From sequence record SRR20825019_739: a stretch of 40,207 nucleotides of DNA, one strand, 5' to 3'. Positions 31,015-40,207 of this stretch are shown in pieces. The notes under the pieces are model-generated. The model did no database searches. It was not told where the DNA came from and saw only the letters and a program-made list of their open reading frames with translations. The translations under genes and the position numbers were made by a program. The first letter of the stretch is position 1. The number at the start of each line of letters is the position of its first letter.

Positions 31015-32400
31015 CTAACGCTGAAAAGCGAAAGCCTCCAGTTCCGACAGATTGGTTTCATCCGGTGAGAACTTGACGTAAGCCACCTGTTCTTCTGGCA
31101 CCACGATGGTTTCCTTGACGCCTTTGACGGCATTGAGCTTATTGATGAATAAGTCGATATCGGCCAGCGCGGTGTCATTCATATGAATAATCCGGTTGCT
31201 GTAATGACGCGGCGCCTGCATTGGCAGCACCAGCAACAACCAGATCACAATCAGCGCGCTGCTCGCATAAAAAATCCCGTCCAGCCCGAAGCGGGCGTAG
31301 AGCATGCCTCCCATCGCGCCGCCGATAAAGGCGCCGAGGAACTGAGCACTGGAATAAATCCCCATTGCGGTGCCTTTGTTTGCCAGCGGACTGAGCTTGG
31401 ACATCATCGACGGCAGGCTGGCTTCCAGAATATTAAAGCCGGTAAAAAACAGCCACAAAAACAGCAGGATCGAGGTCAGCGACCCGGGCAGTATAGCCCA
31501 ACCTAACTGAGCAAGACCCAGCACGGCAATAGCGCCGAGGAAAACGGCTTTCATCTTGCGTTTTTTCTCAGCGATGATAATAAACGGCACCATGGTCACA
31601 AAAGCCAGCAGCAGAATCGGCAGGTATGCGAAGGCATGCTGGCTTTTCTCCAGTCCGGCCACATTCTGCAGGGCCAGCGGTAGCGCAAAAAAGCTGGTGG
31701 TCAGAAGCAGATGCAGCACCATAATGCTGAATACCAGGCGCATGATTTGCGGGTTGGCCAAAACGTTTTTAAATTGTTTTGGAACCGGTTCAATATCACG
31801 ATGACTAACATGGCGGTGGGGTGAGGGTACCCAGAAATGGAGCACCGCCAGCCCCAGCAGGGCCATCAGAGCGGTCGCCCAGAAAATGCCGGACAGGCCT
31901 ATCCAGTGCTCAAGCGCCGCGCCGGCTGCCAGTGCAATCGAGAAAGATAAGCCGATACTGATACCGATGCTGGCCATCGCCTTGGTACGCTGCTCATCGC
32001 GGGTCAGATCGGCCGTCAGCGCCATCACCGCCGCGGCGATGGCGCCGCTGCCTTGCAGCAATCGGCCCACAATGACCATTTCAATGCTGTTTGCCATGGC
32101 AGCGACCACGCTGCCGGCGGCAAATAAAATCAGGCCGAGACTGATGATCTTTTTGCGACCAAAGCGATCCGACAGCATGCCGAATGGTATTTGCAAGACT
32201 GCCTGGGTTAAACCATAGGCACCGATGGCAAGGCCAATCAGCATCGGTGTGCTGCCGCTGTATTGATGAGCGGAAATTGAAAATACCGGCAGGATCATAA
32301 ACAGACCCAGCATTCTGAGGGCAAAAATGAGGGATAGGCCTGAAATGCTGCGTTTTTCCAACGCCGTCATTGAGGTCGAAGCAGTTTGTCTTTGCGTCAT
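31015..32400 (-). CDS. YajR-like MFS transporter
   Basis: LRMLGLFMILPV, QIPFGMLSDRFGRK, GFNILEASLPS, C-terminal soluble domain; common uvrA/MFS/ssb synteny. Confidence 0.88.
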   Translation of the reverse strand: MTQRQTASTSMTALEKRSISGLSLIFALRMLGLFMILPVFSISAHQYSGSTPMLIGLAIGAYGLTQAVLQIPFGMLSDRFGRKKIISLGLILFAAGSVVAAMANSIEMVIVGRLLQGSGAIAAAVMALTADLTRDEQRTKAMASIGISIGLSFSIALAAGAALEHWIGLSGIFWATALMALLGLAVLHFWVPSPHRHVSHRDIEPVPKQFKNVLANPQIMRLVFSIMVLHLLLTTSFFALPLALQNVAGLEKSQHAFAYLPILLLAFVTMVPFIIIAEKKRKMKAVFLGAIAVLGLAQLGWAILPGSLTSILLFLWLFFTGFNILEASLPSMMSKLSPLANKGTAMGIYSSAQFLGAFIGGAMGGMLYARFGLDGIFYASSALIVIWLLLVLPMQAPRHYSNRIIHMNDTALADIDLFINKLNAVKGVKETIVVPEEQVAYVKFSPDETNLSELEAFAFQR

Positions 32401-32474
32401 GATAGTTGGACAGAGTATATTGATCCGTTTGATTTTACTACGGAAACCTGATGAAAAATATAAGCGTTCCCGGG

Positions 32475-35297
32475 ATGAAGCAAATCAGCATCCGTGGGGC
32501 CCGAACTCACAACCTGAAGAACATTGATCTGGATTTACCCAGAGATGCGCTGATTGTGATTACCGGCCTGTCCGGGTCGGGAAAATCGTCGCTGGCGTTC
32601 GACACATTATACGCAGAAGGTCAGCGTCGCTATGTCGAATCCCTGTCTGCTTATGCGCGTCAGTTTTTGTCGATGATGGAAAAGCCCGATGTTGATCACA
32701 TTGAGGGCCTGTCACCGGCGATTTCCATCGAACAGAAATCCACTTCACACAACCCGCGTTCCACCGTCGGCACCATTACTGAAATTTACGATTATCTCCG
32801 GCTGTTGTTTGCCCGTGCCGGTGAACCCCGCTGCCCAACGCACCAGCAACCGCTGGCCGCGCAGACCGTCAGTCAGATGGTCGATATGGTGCTGGAGATG
32901 CCGGAAGGCAAAAAACTGATGTTGCTGGCACCGGTGATTCAGGATCGCAAGGGGGAACATCGTGATGTCCTGGAAGAGTTGCGGATCCAGGGCTTTGTCC
33001 GTGCCCGCGTCAACGGCCAGGTCATCGAACTGGATAACCCGCCGGAACTGGAGCTGCGTAAGAAGCATACGATTGAAGCAGTTGTTGATCGCTTCAAAGT
33101 GCGTGACGACTTGCAGCAACGACTGGCCGAGTCGTTTGAAACCGCTTTGAAAATGACTGAAGGCGTCGCCAAGGTCGTGGCCATGGATGACGAGACCGAT
33201 GAGACGCTCTTCTCGGCGCGTTTTGCCTGTCCTCAGTGCGGCTACTCTATTTCCGAGCTTGAGCCGCGGATGTTTTCATTCAACAATCCTGCCGGTGCCT
33301 GTGGTACCTGTGACGGACTGGGTATTAAACAATTCGTTGATCCGGCGCGGGTAGTGGCTCATCCGGAAATGAGTCTGACTGCCGGTGCCATTCGTGGCTG
33401 GGATCGTCGTAATGCCTATTACTACCAGATGCTGCAATCGCTCGCGAAGCACTATCAGTTTGATCTGGAAACGCCTTTTGATGCCTTATCTGAAGAAGTC
33501 CGTCAGGTTCTGCTGTTCGGTAGCGGTAACACCGCGATTGACTTCAAATATATGGGCGACCGCGGCAAACAGGTCACGCGCAAGCACCCGTTTGAAGGCA
33601 TTATCCCGAATATGCAGCGCCGCTATCATGAAACCGAGTCCAACAGCGTGCGCGAGGAACTGGCCCGGTTCCATTCCGTCCGTGCCTGCCCTGACTGCCA
33701 GGGTACCCGGCTGACCCAGGCCTCACGGCATGTCTTTGTTCAGGAGACAACTTTGCCGGAAGTGACCCAAATGCCAATCGGCGAAGCCAGCACGTTTTTC
33801 GAGACGCTTAGTCTGCCGGGTAACCGGGGTGAAATCGCGGCCAAAATCATTACCGAAATCTCCGCCCGGCTGAGTTTTCTGGTCAATGTCGGCCTTGATT
33901 ATCTGAATCTGGCGCGCAGTGCTGAAACGCTGTCCGGTGGTGAGGCTCAGCGGATTCGCCTGGCCAGTCAGATTGGTGCCGGCCTGGTCGGTGTGATGTA
34001 TATCCTCGACGAACCCTCCATCGGCCTGCATCAGCGCGATAATGATCGCTTGCTGGCGACACTCACCCGGCTGCGTGATCTGGGTAATACCGTGATCGTG
34101 GTGGAACATGATGAAGATGCAATCCGCACTGCCGATTTTGTACTCGATATCGGTCCCGGTGCCGGTGTGCACGGCGGTGATATTGTGTGCCAGGGTTCAC
34201 CGCAGGACATTATGGATTGTGAAGAGTCCCTCACCGGTCAGTTCCTGTCGGGCAAGCGCATGATCGAAGTGCCTGCACAGCGCGAAAAATTCCATGCCGG
34301 CAAGGTCATCGGTTTGCGTGGGGCCTGTGGTAACAATCTGCAGAATGTGGATATAGATATCCCGGTGGGGCTGATGACCTGCGTCACCGGTGTCTCCGGT
34401 TCGGGCAAGTCGACTCTGATCAACGAGACCCTGCTGAAACTCACCGCCAGAACGCTGAACAATTCCTCCGATGAGCCGGCACCGCATCAGGATATTCTGG
34501 GGCTGGACCAACTGGACAAGGTGGTTGCGATTAATCAGAGCCCGATTGGCAGAACACCGCGTTCCAACCCGGCGACCTATACCGGTCTGTTTACTCCGAT
34601 CCGGGAACTGTTTGCCGGCACACCGGAAGCCCGTTCCCGTGGTTACGGGCCGGGCCGTTTCAGTTTCAATGTCAAAGGCGGCCGCTGTGAAGCCTGTCAG
34701 GGTGATGGACTGATCAAGGTCGAAATGCATTTCCTGCCTGATATCTATGTGCCCTGCGATGTCTGCAAAGGGGCGCGTTATAACCGTGAAACGCTGGATA
34801 TCCGTTATAAGGGCAAAACCATCACCGACGTGCTGGATATGACCATTGAAGACGCCAATGTCTTTTTTGAAAATATTCCGGTCGTCGCCAAAAAACTGCA
34901 GACCCTGATCGATGTCGGCCTCACTTATATCAAGCTGGGTCAGAACGCGACCACCTTGTCCGGCGGTGAAGCGCAGCGGGTCAAGCTCGCCAAGGAACTG
35001 TCGAAACGTGATACCGGTAAAACCCTGTATGTGCTCGATGAGCCAACGACGGGCCTGCACTTTTACGATATCGAGCAACTTTTGAAAGTGCTTCACAGTC
35101 TGCGCGATCGTGGCAATACCATTGTCGTTATCGAGCACAACCTGGATGTGATTAAAACCGCAGACTGGATTATCGATATGGGACCGGAAGGTGGGTCCCG
35201 CGGCGGGATGGTGGTCGCCACCGGCACGCCGGAAGACGTCGCTGAACATGAAACCTCCTACACCGGTCATTATCTTAAGCCCTTGCTGACATCATGA
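32475..35297 (+). CDS. uvrA: Excinuclease ABC subunit A
   Basis: GARTHNLKN, two Walker A motifs ([18 protein letters not shown]), two LSGGEAQR signatures, zinc fingers. Confidence 0.98.
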   Translation: MKQISIRGARTHNLKNIDLDLPRDALIVITGLSGSGKSSLAFDTLYAEGQRRYVESLSAYARQFLSMMEKPDVDHIEGLSPAISIEQKSTSHNPRSTVGTITEIYDYLRLLFARAGEPRCPTHQQPLAAQTVSQMVDMVLEMPEGKKLMLLAPVIQDRKGEHRDVLEELRIQGFVRARVNGQVIELDNPPELELRKKHTIEAVVDRFKVRDDLQQRLAESFETALKMTEGVAKVVAMDDETDETLFSARFACPQCGYSISELEPRMFSFNNPAGACGTCDGLGIKQFVDPARVVAHPEMSLTAGAIRGWDRRNAYYYQMLQSLAKHYQFDLETPFDALSEEVRQVLLFGSGNTAIDFKYMGDRGKQVTRKHPFEGIIPNMQRRYHETESNSVREELARFHSVRACPDCQGTRLTQASRHVFVQETTLPEVTQMPIGEASTFFETLSLPGNRGEIAAKIITEISARLSFLVNVGLDYLNLARSAETLSGGEAQRIRLASQIGAGLVGVMYILDEPSIGLHQRDNDRLLATLTRLRDLGNTVIVVEHDEDAIRTADFVLDIGPGAGVHGGDIVCQGSPQDIMDCEESLTGQFLSGKRMIEVPAQREKFHAGKVIGLRGACGNNLQNVDIDIPVGLMTCVTGVSGSGKSTLINETLLKLTARTLNNSSDEPAPHQDILGLDQLDKVVAINQSPIGRTPRSNPATYTGLFTPIRELFAGTPEARSRGYGPGRFSFNVKGGRCEACQGDGLIKVEMHFLPDIYVPCDVCKGARYNRETLDIRYKGKTITDVLDMTIEDANVFFENIPVVAKKLQTLIDVGLTYIKLGQNATTLSGGEAQRVKLAKELSKRDTGKTLYVLDEPTTGLHFYDIEQLLKVLHSLRDRGNTIVVIEHNLDVIKTADWIIDMGPEGGSRGGMVVATGTPEDVAEHETSYTGHYLKPLLTS

Positions 35298-35917
35298 GTC
35301 TGGAACAGGAAATCAAACTCCAGGTCTGCCAAGATGAGGCGCTCAATCTGGAGGCTCTCGACTGGTTGATGGCGATGCTCGACGAACCGGGGCAGCAAAT
35401 TTATCTGCTCAGCACCTATTTCGACACGCCGAAACGGGACCTGCAGAAATTCGGTGCCGGCCTGCGGTTGCGGCAGATCGGAGAGCAATGGCTGCAGACG
35501 GTGAAGTGCACCGGTAAAGCCGAAAACGGTCTGCATCAGCGCCAGGAGTGGGAGCACCAAATTCATGGACCTGAATTTGATACCGCCTTACTGAAACAAA
35601 CTGAGTTGGCGCCGCTGGTCGAGGATGCTGCGATCTGGAATGCGCTTTCGCCGTTATTTACTACCGAATTTCAGCGGCTGGTGCTGCCACTGCGGCTTGA
35701 TGATGGGACCCGAGTTGAAATGGCCTATGATCGCGGTGAAGTCCGGGCCGGTGACAATCATTCGACCCTCCATGAAATCGAGCTGGAATTGAAGGGCGGT
35801 GAGATAAAAAAAATCCAGCAACTGGCCGAACAGCTGAAGGCCGCATTACCGCTGCAATACAGTGATATCAGTAAAGCAGCGCAAGGCTATATATTGTCGC
35901 AAGACAATGAAAAGTAA
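35294..35917 (+). CDS. CYTH-domain protein (YgiF-like inorganic triphosphatase)
   Basis: EQEIK (ExExK), YFDTP, LRLR, QTVK, EIELELK, SKAAQGY; no C-terminal CHAD domain. Confidence 0.88.
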   Translation: MSLEQEIKLQVCQDEALNLEALDWLMAMLDEPGQQIYLLSTYFDTPKRDLQKFGAGLRLRQIGEQWLQTVKCTGKAENGLHQRQEWEHQIHGPEFDTALLKQTELAPLVEDAAIWNALSPLFTTEFQRLVLPLRLDDGTRVEMAYDRGEVRAGDNHSTLHEIELELKGGEIKKIQQLAEQLKAALPLQYSDISKAAQGYILSQDNEK

Positions 35918-36069
35918 GGGTTTTATTTTGTTTTGCCAAGGACAGACAAACCCCTGAAGAGTTTGCTATAGTCGAACTGAAGCTTCTAGCGATTCAACAA
36001 TGCACAGTACAGTTAACCGCTTGTTGTGCTGTGCTGCTTGTCTCATCCAAGCGAGAAGGAGTATCGACT

Positions 36070-36504
36070 ATGAAGAAAAAATGGGTCGTCGTTGCCGAGA
36101 GCAGTCGCGCCAGAATCTTTTCGGTGGAAAGCCGGACCAGCCCGCTTAAAGAAGTTGATGATATGGTCAATGCAGCCAGCCGACTCAAGGACGAAGAACT
36201 GGTCACTGACGATGCCGGCCGGACTTTTGACAGTCACGGCCAAGGCGGTCGCCATGCGATGGAGCCGCGCACCGAACCCAAGCAGACCGAAGTCATGCAC
36301 TTCGCCCATGACTTGGGGGAAAGACTGGATAACGCCCGTCGCGTCGGCGACTACAACGATCTGGTGATCATCTCTTCACCAGGCTTTCTGGGTAAGCTTA
36401 AACAAAGCCTGGGAAGTGTGACGCAAAAGCATATCAGTCAGACGATTAATAAAAACCTGATTCATAAGAGTGAATCAGAAATCCGCGATTATCTGTTTCA
36501 TTGA
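36070..36504 (+). CDS. Host attachment family protein (aeRF1-related)
   Basis: WVVVAESSRARIF, GRTFDS..GRHAME, FA..L...L, LVIISSPGFLGKLK, NKNL; GAAGGA RBS. Confidence 0.82.
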   Translation: MKKKWVVVAESSRARIFSVESRTSPLKEVDDMVNAASRLKDEELVTDDAGRTFDSHGQGGRHAMEPRTEPKQTEVMHFAHDLGERLDNARRVGDYNDLVIISSPGFLGKLKQSLGSVTQKHISQTINKNLIHKSESEIRDYLFH

Positions 36505-36509
36505 GGCGC

Positions 36510-36541
36510 AAAGGGCCGGTGACTTTGGTCACCGGCCCTTT
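36510..36541. terminator. Bidirectional terminator-like hairpin
   Basis: AAAGGGCCGGTGAC-TTTG-GTCACCGGCCCTTT, perfect 14 bp stem between convergent genes. Confidence 0.85.
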
Positions 36542-36542
36542 C

Positions 36543-37562
36543 TCAACGGGTCGACAGACCCTGCCCCGTTTCAAACTTCCAGGTACGGATAATAGTCAGC
36601 ATGTCATTATCTTTCAGTACATTATCCGGTATCGCAGCGTAGGGAGCGCCAAGCCGGACAATGCGAACTGCGGCTTCATCCAGTACGTCATGACCGGAAG
36701 AACGTGAAATCACAATACCGCCGGCCGGCACACTGCCGTCCGGATTAATGTCTACCGACAGCATCAGGCTGCCATTCAGCCCTTTGCGGCGTGCCTCCTG
36801 CGGATAATTCATATTGCCGATGTTTTCGACTTTCATCTCCCAGGCCTTCATATAGGCCGCTGCCGCAAATTCTTTCGTGGAAGCCGAAATACGCCGTTTC
36901 CTGGGGCGATCGCTCAAGGCACGCGTGGTCTCGTTGAGCTTATTCTGCAAGTCATGAATTTCATTGCGTGCCTGCAGCATCATATCTCTGGCCGAGGGGC
37001 GCGGTGGTGGCTCCGGGGCCACTTCGGCTTCCGGTTCCGGCGCAGTCTCGGCTTTTTCAACTTTCTCCACCTTGCGCTCGGCTTTTTCCTGCGTCAGCCT
37101 CTGCACCGGCTTTTCAGTTTGGGGTTTAACCGGTTCTGGCGGGACAGGTTTTGGCTCGGGTTCCGGTGGTACAGGTTCCGGCTCCGGTGCAGGTGGTTCG
37201 GGAACCGGGTCAGGTTCAGCGACCGGTTGGGATTCCGGTTCGATTTTAGCGGTGGCTATCGGCGGCACCGGTTCGGAACTGGGCGCTTCTTCTACAATCG
37301 GAACGGGTAAATCGGGTGTCGGTTCCGGTGTCGGGGTTTCAGTTTCGCCACCGCCTTCATTATCTGCCTGGGCGAGGAAATCCGCTTCTTCCGGCTTGAT
37401 CCGGTCCTGTTGTTTGACCAGGGTGATTTCCAGGTTGTTGACGGGTGCATTGGTCGGTTCGGAAAATACATCAAAACTGATGCCGAGCACGATGATCAAG
37501 TGAATGATGATCGAGATCAGCAGGGTAAAGACCAGTCTGTCAGAGGCAGTGGTTCTTGCCAT
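36543..37562 (-). CDS. TonB family energy transducer (TonB3-like)
   Basis: N-terminal TM with SIIIH, DFLAQADNEGGG, Pro/Glu-rich spacer, TonB C domain (NYPQEAR..SSGHDVLDEAA..IIRTWKF). Confidence 0.87.
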   Translation of the reverse strand: MARTTASDRLVFTLLISIIIHLIIVLGISFDVFSEPTNAPVNNLEITLVKQQDRIKPEEADFLAQADNEGGGETETPTPEPTPDLPVPIVEEAPSSEPVPPIATAKIEPESQPVAEPDPVPEPPAPEPEPVPPEPEPKPVPPEPVKPQTEKPVQRLTQEKAERKVEKVEKAETAPEPEAEVAPEPPPRPSARDMMLQARNEIHDLQNKLNETTRALSDRPRKRRISASTKEFAAAAYMKAWEMKVENIGNMNYPQEARRKGLNGSLMLSVDINPDGSVPAGGIVISRSSGHDVLDEAAVRIVRLGAPYAAIPDNVLKDNDMLTIIRTWKFETGQGLSTR

Positions 37563-37568
37563 GGGTCA

Positions 37569-38609
37569 CTAGGGTACCTGACGAATCAACGGCGTCTGCT
37601 CCGGATCACTCAACCTGACTTGCTCGGCCATCGCCGCTGTCATTTCGATCTGTCCGTCAGCTCGCATCAGCATAACATGATCAACCCCCAATGAAGCGGC
37701 AATGTGCGGCCAGTCTTCACCCGCCACAACCAGTGCAGTGGCGGCTGCATCGGCCCGGGCGGCCTGGGTATGGATCACCGTCACCGAGATATTATCGCGG
37801 GCCGGCTGTCCCGTTCTGGGGTCAAGAATATGCGGATAGCGGATGCCCTCATAAGTAAAGAAGCGTTCGTAATCACCCGAGGTGAAGACACTTTCATCAC
37901 CCCGAATGGCGACCGAGGCAATCATGCCGCCTTCCTGACGCGGGTGCCGGATACCGATGCGCCAGGGCCGCTTACCATGACTGCCTATAGCCCGCAGATC
38001 ACCGCCGATATTGATAATCGCATTTTCAATACCCTGTTGTTTCAGTGAGGCAATGGCAGCATCAACAGCGGTGCCCTTGGCGAAACCACCGAAGCCCAGT
38101 TTGACCATGCGATTATCACTGCTCAGCACACCGTCTTTGATCTGGATATCGTCCATGGTGGGGGCGGCTGCCAGCCAGGCATCGATTTCATCCTGCGCTG
38201 GCGGTGGCCGGGATTCGAACCAGTTGTCCTGATGATAGCCCCACAGCTCAAACAACTTACCGGCAGCCGGGTTAAACAGATGCTGGCTGTCGCGGGCATA
38301 GAGAGTGGCTTCCTCAATCACGGCCGCGACTTCGGGTTTGATTTCAACGCTGTCACCGGCAGCGATGGCCTCATTGAGGCGGGTCAGGGTGCTGGGTTTC
38401 CAGGCATGCCAGGTGTCATTGACGTTATTGAACGCCTGTTCCAATGCATCCACTGTTTTATCAGCGGTTTCTGCGTCGACGCCGTAAAGGCTGACATCAA
38501 TCTCGGTGCCGAAGGCATAGAATTTGGCCTGACGGGCGCGTTCGCTATCACCGCAGGCAGAAATAAACAGGCTGAAAATCAGTAAAAGCGGGAGAAGGAA
38601 TCGTTTCAT
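37569..38609 (-). CDS. apbE: FAD:protein FMN transferase ApbE (lipoprotein)
   Basis: Lipobox ISAC, GGFAKG, NIGGD, WRIGIRHP, TSGDYER, HILDPRTG, ADAAATA. Confidence 0.92.
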   Translation of the reverse strand: MKRFLLPLLLIFSLFISACGDSERARQAKFYAFGTEIDVSLYGVDAETADKTVDALEQAFNNVNDTWHAWKPSTLTRLNEAIAAGDSVEIKPEVAAVIEEATLYARDSQHLFNPAAGKLFELWGYHQDNWFESRPPPAQDEIDAWLAAAPTMDDIQIKDGVLSSDNRMVKLGFGGFAKGTAVDAAIASLKQQGIENAIINIGGDLRAIGSHGKRPWRIGIRHPRQEGGMIASVAIRGDESVFTSGDYERFFTYEGIRYPHILDPRTGQPARDNISVTVIHTQAARADAAATALVVAGEDWPHIAASLGVDHVMLMRADGQIEMTAAMAEQVRLSDPEQTPLIRQVP

Positions 38610-39553
38610 TGCAGTCTTTGTTCTATTGCGTTCATTAAATCGGCACCGATATTGAGCCCGAATTCACGATCGAGTTCACGGATACAGGTCGGGCTGGTCA
38701 CATTGATTTCGGTGAGATAATCGCCAATTACGTCCAGACCGACAAAAATCAGTCCTTTTTCGCGCAATTTGTCTCCGACTTGCTGGCAAATCCAGCGATC
38801 ACGTTCAGTCAGTGGCCGGCCCTCAGCCCGACCGCCAGCAGCGAGATTACCGCGGGTTTCACCCAGAGCGGGAATACGTGCCAGCGCGTAGGGCACCGGC
38901 TCGCCGTCAATCAGTAAAATGCGTTTATCACCGTCACGAATTTCGGGCAGGTATTTCTGCGCCATCACCGATTTACGGCCATGGTCACTGAGGGTTTCGA
39001 CAATGACCGAGAAGTTGGGATCGTCACGGTTGATCCGGAAAACGGACGCGCCACCCATGCCATCCAGTGGTTTCAGGATCATATCGCCGTGTTCCTGCTG
39101 GAACTCGCGGATCAGATGCTTGTGACGGGTGACCAGGGTCGGCGGACAGCACTGCGGAAACCAGGCGGTGAACAGTTTTTCATTGGCGTCACGCAGGCTC
39201 TGTGGATCATTGACTATTAATACCCCGGCTGCCTGTGCCTGTTCCAGCAGATAGGTGCTGTAAACATATTCCATATCGAAAGGCGGGTCCTTTCGCATCA
39301 AAATGGCATCCAGATCAGTGATGGGACGGGTTTCACTGTCTCCCAGTTCGTACCATTTGTCCGGGTTTTCAAACACTTTCAGTGGCCGCATTTCGGCAAA
39401 GACCTTGCCATCGCGCAGAAACAGATCCTGCTGTTCCATATAAAGGATCTGCCAGCCACGGCCCTGAGCGGCCAGTAACATCGCAAAACTGCTATCTTTC
39501 TTGATATTAATCCGGGAGACCGGATCCATAACGATACCGACGGTGCGTTGCAT
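38606..39553 (-). CDS. gshB: Glutathione synthetase
   Basis: VMDP..KKDSSFAMLL, MRKDPPFD, NEKL, KPLDGMGG, RGNLAAGG, EINVTSPTC. Confidence 0.97.
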   Translation of the reverse strand: MQRTVGIVMDPVSRINIKKDSSFAMLLAAQGRGWQILYMEQQDLFLRDGKVFAEMRPLKVFENPDKWYELGDSETRPITDLDAILMRKDPPFDMEYVYSTYLLEQAQAAGVLIVNDPQSLRDANEKLFTAWFPQCCPPTLVTRHKHLIREFQQEHGDMILKPLDGMGGASVFRINRDDPNFSVIVETLSDHGRKSVMAQKYLPEIRDGDKRILLIDGEPVPYALARIPALGETRGNLAAGGRAEGRPLTERDRWICQQVGDKLREKGLIFVGLDVIGDYLTEINVTSPTCIRELDREFGLNIGADLMNAIEQRLQ

Positions 39554-39667
39554 ATCCCACTCTGTGTACGCTGTGAAAAAGACAGCCCATTGTACCTGAA
39601 AGCCTGATTTGGCCGCAGATTTTGCATAGCTGAAAGGGCCTTAGCGGCGAATGATAAATGATGCGCC

Positions 39668-39697
39668 TCTACAAGCGGGCATGGGATTCGCTATAAT
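39668..39697 (+). promoter_or_regulatory. Putative sigma70 promoter of glyQ
   Basis: Perfect TATAAT at 39692-39697 with TCTACA 18 nt upstream. Confidence 0.5.
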
Positions 39698-39733
39698 CGC
39701 ATGGGTTTTGACTTTAATAATGATATCGAGCTA

Positions 39734-40207
39734 ATGACGAATAAAGCGGTGATGAAGGCGGAGACGCCGAGAACCTTTCAGGAACTGATCCTGAGACTGC
39801 AACAGTACTGGGCTGAACAGGGTTGTGTGTTGTTGCAACCTTACGATATGGAAGTCGGTGCCGGCACTTTCCATCCGGCCACTTTCCTGCGCGCTATCGG
39901 CCCTGAACCCTGGAGCGCGGCTTATGTGCAACCCTCGCGTCGACCCACGGATGGCCGCTATGGCGAAAATCCCAACCGTCTGCAGCATTACTACCAGTTT
40001 CAGGTGGTGCTGAAACCGTCACCAATCAATATTCAGGAACTCTATCTGGGTTCGCTGGAAATGCTGGGGCTCGATACTTCAGTACATGATATCCGCTTTG
40101 TTGAGGATAACTGGGAATCACCGACGCTCGGTGCCTGGGGCCTGGGCTGGGAAGTCTGGCTCAATGGTATGGAAGTGACCCAGTTCACCTACTTCCAGCA
40201 GGTGGGC
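39734..40207 (+). CDS. glyQ: Glycine--tRNA ligase alpha subunit (5' part, runs off window end)
   Basis: Not in the ORF track; hand translation gives [60 protein letters not shown]. Start at 39734 or 39752. Confidence 0.97.
   Translation, partial: MTNKAVMKAETPRTFQELILRLQQYWAEQGCVLLQPYDMEVGAGTFHPATFLRAIGPEPWSAAYVQPSRRPTDGRYGENPNRLQHYYQFQVVLKPSPINIQELYLGSLEMLGLDTSVHDIRFVEDNWESPTLGAWGLGWEVWLNGMEVTQFTYFQQVG

Noticed and set aside
34197..35270. 357 aa ORF antisense to uvrA
   Set aside because: Same shadow-ORF artefact; similar antisense ORFs lie over fba, trpS and recQ
36964..37503. Gly/Ser/Thr-rich 179 aa ORF resembling an adhesin repeat
   Set aside because: It is the reverse complement of the Pro/Glu-rich TonB spacer

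Overview
A 40 kb stretch of core chromosome from a gammaproteobacterium, densely coding. I saw no rRNA, tRNA, CRISPR array, IS element or prophage. Order: fba, crcB-DUF190-serS-site-2 protease-trpS-rluB; a minus-strand block (ispB, HD-GYP response regulator, 2Fe-2S ferredoxin-hpnD-hpnE, lipoprotein, YciK-like SDR, GGDEF cyclase); rplU-rpmA-obgE-proB, rpsT, xth; a divergent GlxA/AraC regulator and ferritin-like diiron protein; recQ, a superinfection-immunity/SHOCT gene, dinB; ampG with a hypothetical gene; ppnN; a Pat-type acetyltransferase divergent from an HDAC-family deacetylase; ssb, MFS, uvrA, CYTH, host-attachment protein; tonB-like, apbE, gshB; and the 5' part of glyQ. The best candidates for something undescribed are: (1) an orphan AurF-like diiron oxygenase paired with a DJ-1/AraC sensor; (2) a diguanylate cyclase with sigma54/IHF/FleQ-like upstream motifs and a start-codon-sequestering hairpin, plus an HD-GYP phosphodiesterase with a sigma28-like promoter, together bracketing a ferredoxin-hpnD-hpnE unit that lacks hpnC; (3) a Pat/deacetylase pair whose CoA-ligase domain retains the catalytic His; (4) a stand-alone phage-exclusion-type gene between dinB and recQ. 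All family calls come from motif recognition by eye; no searches were run.
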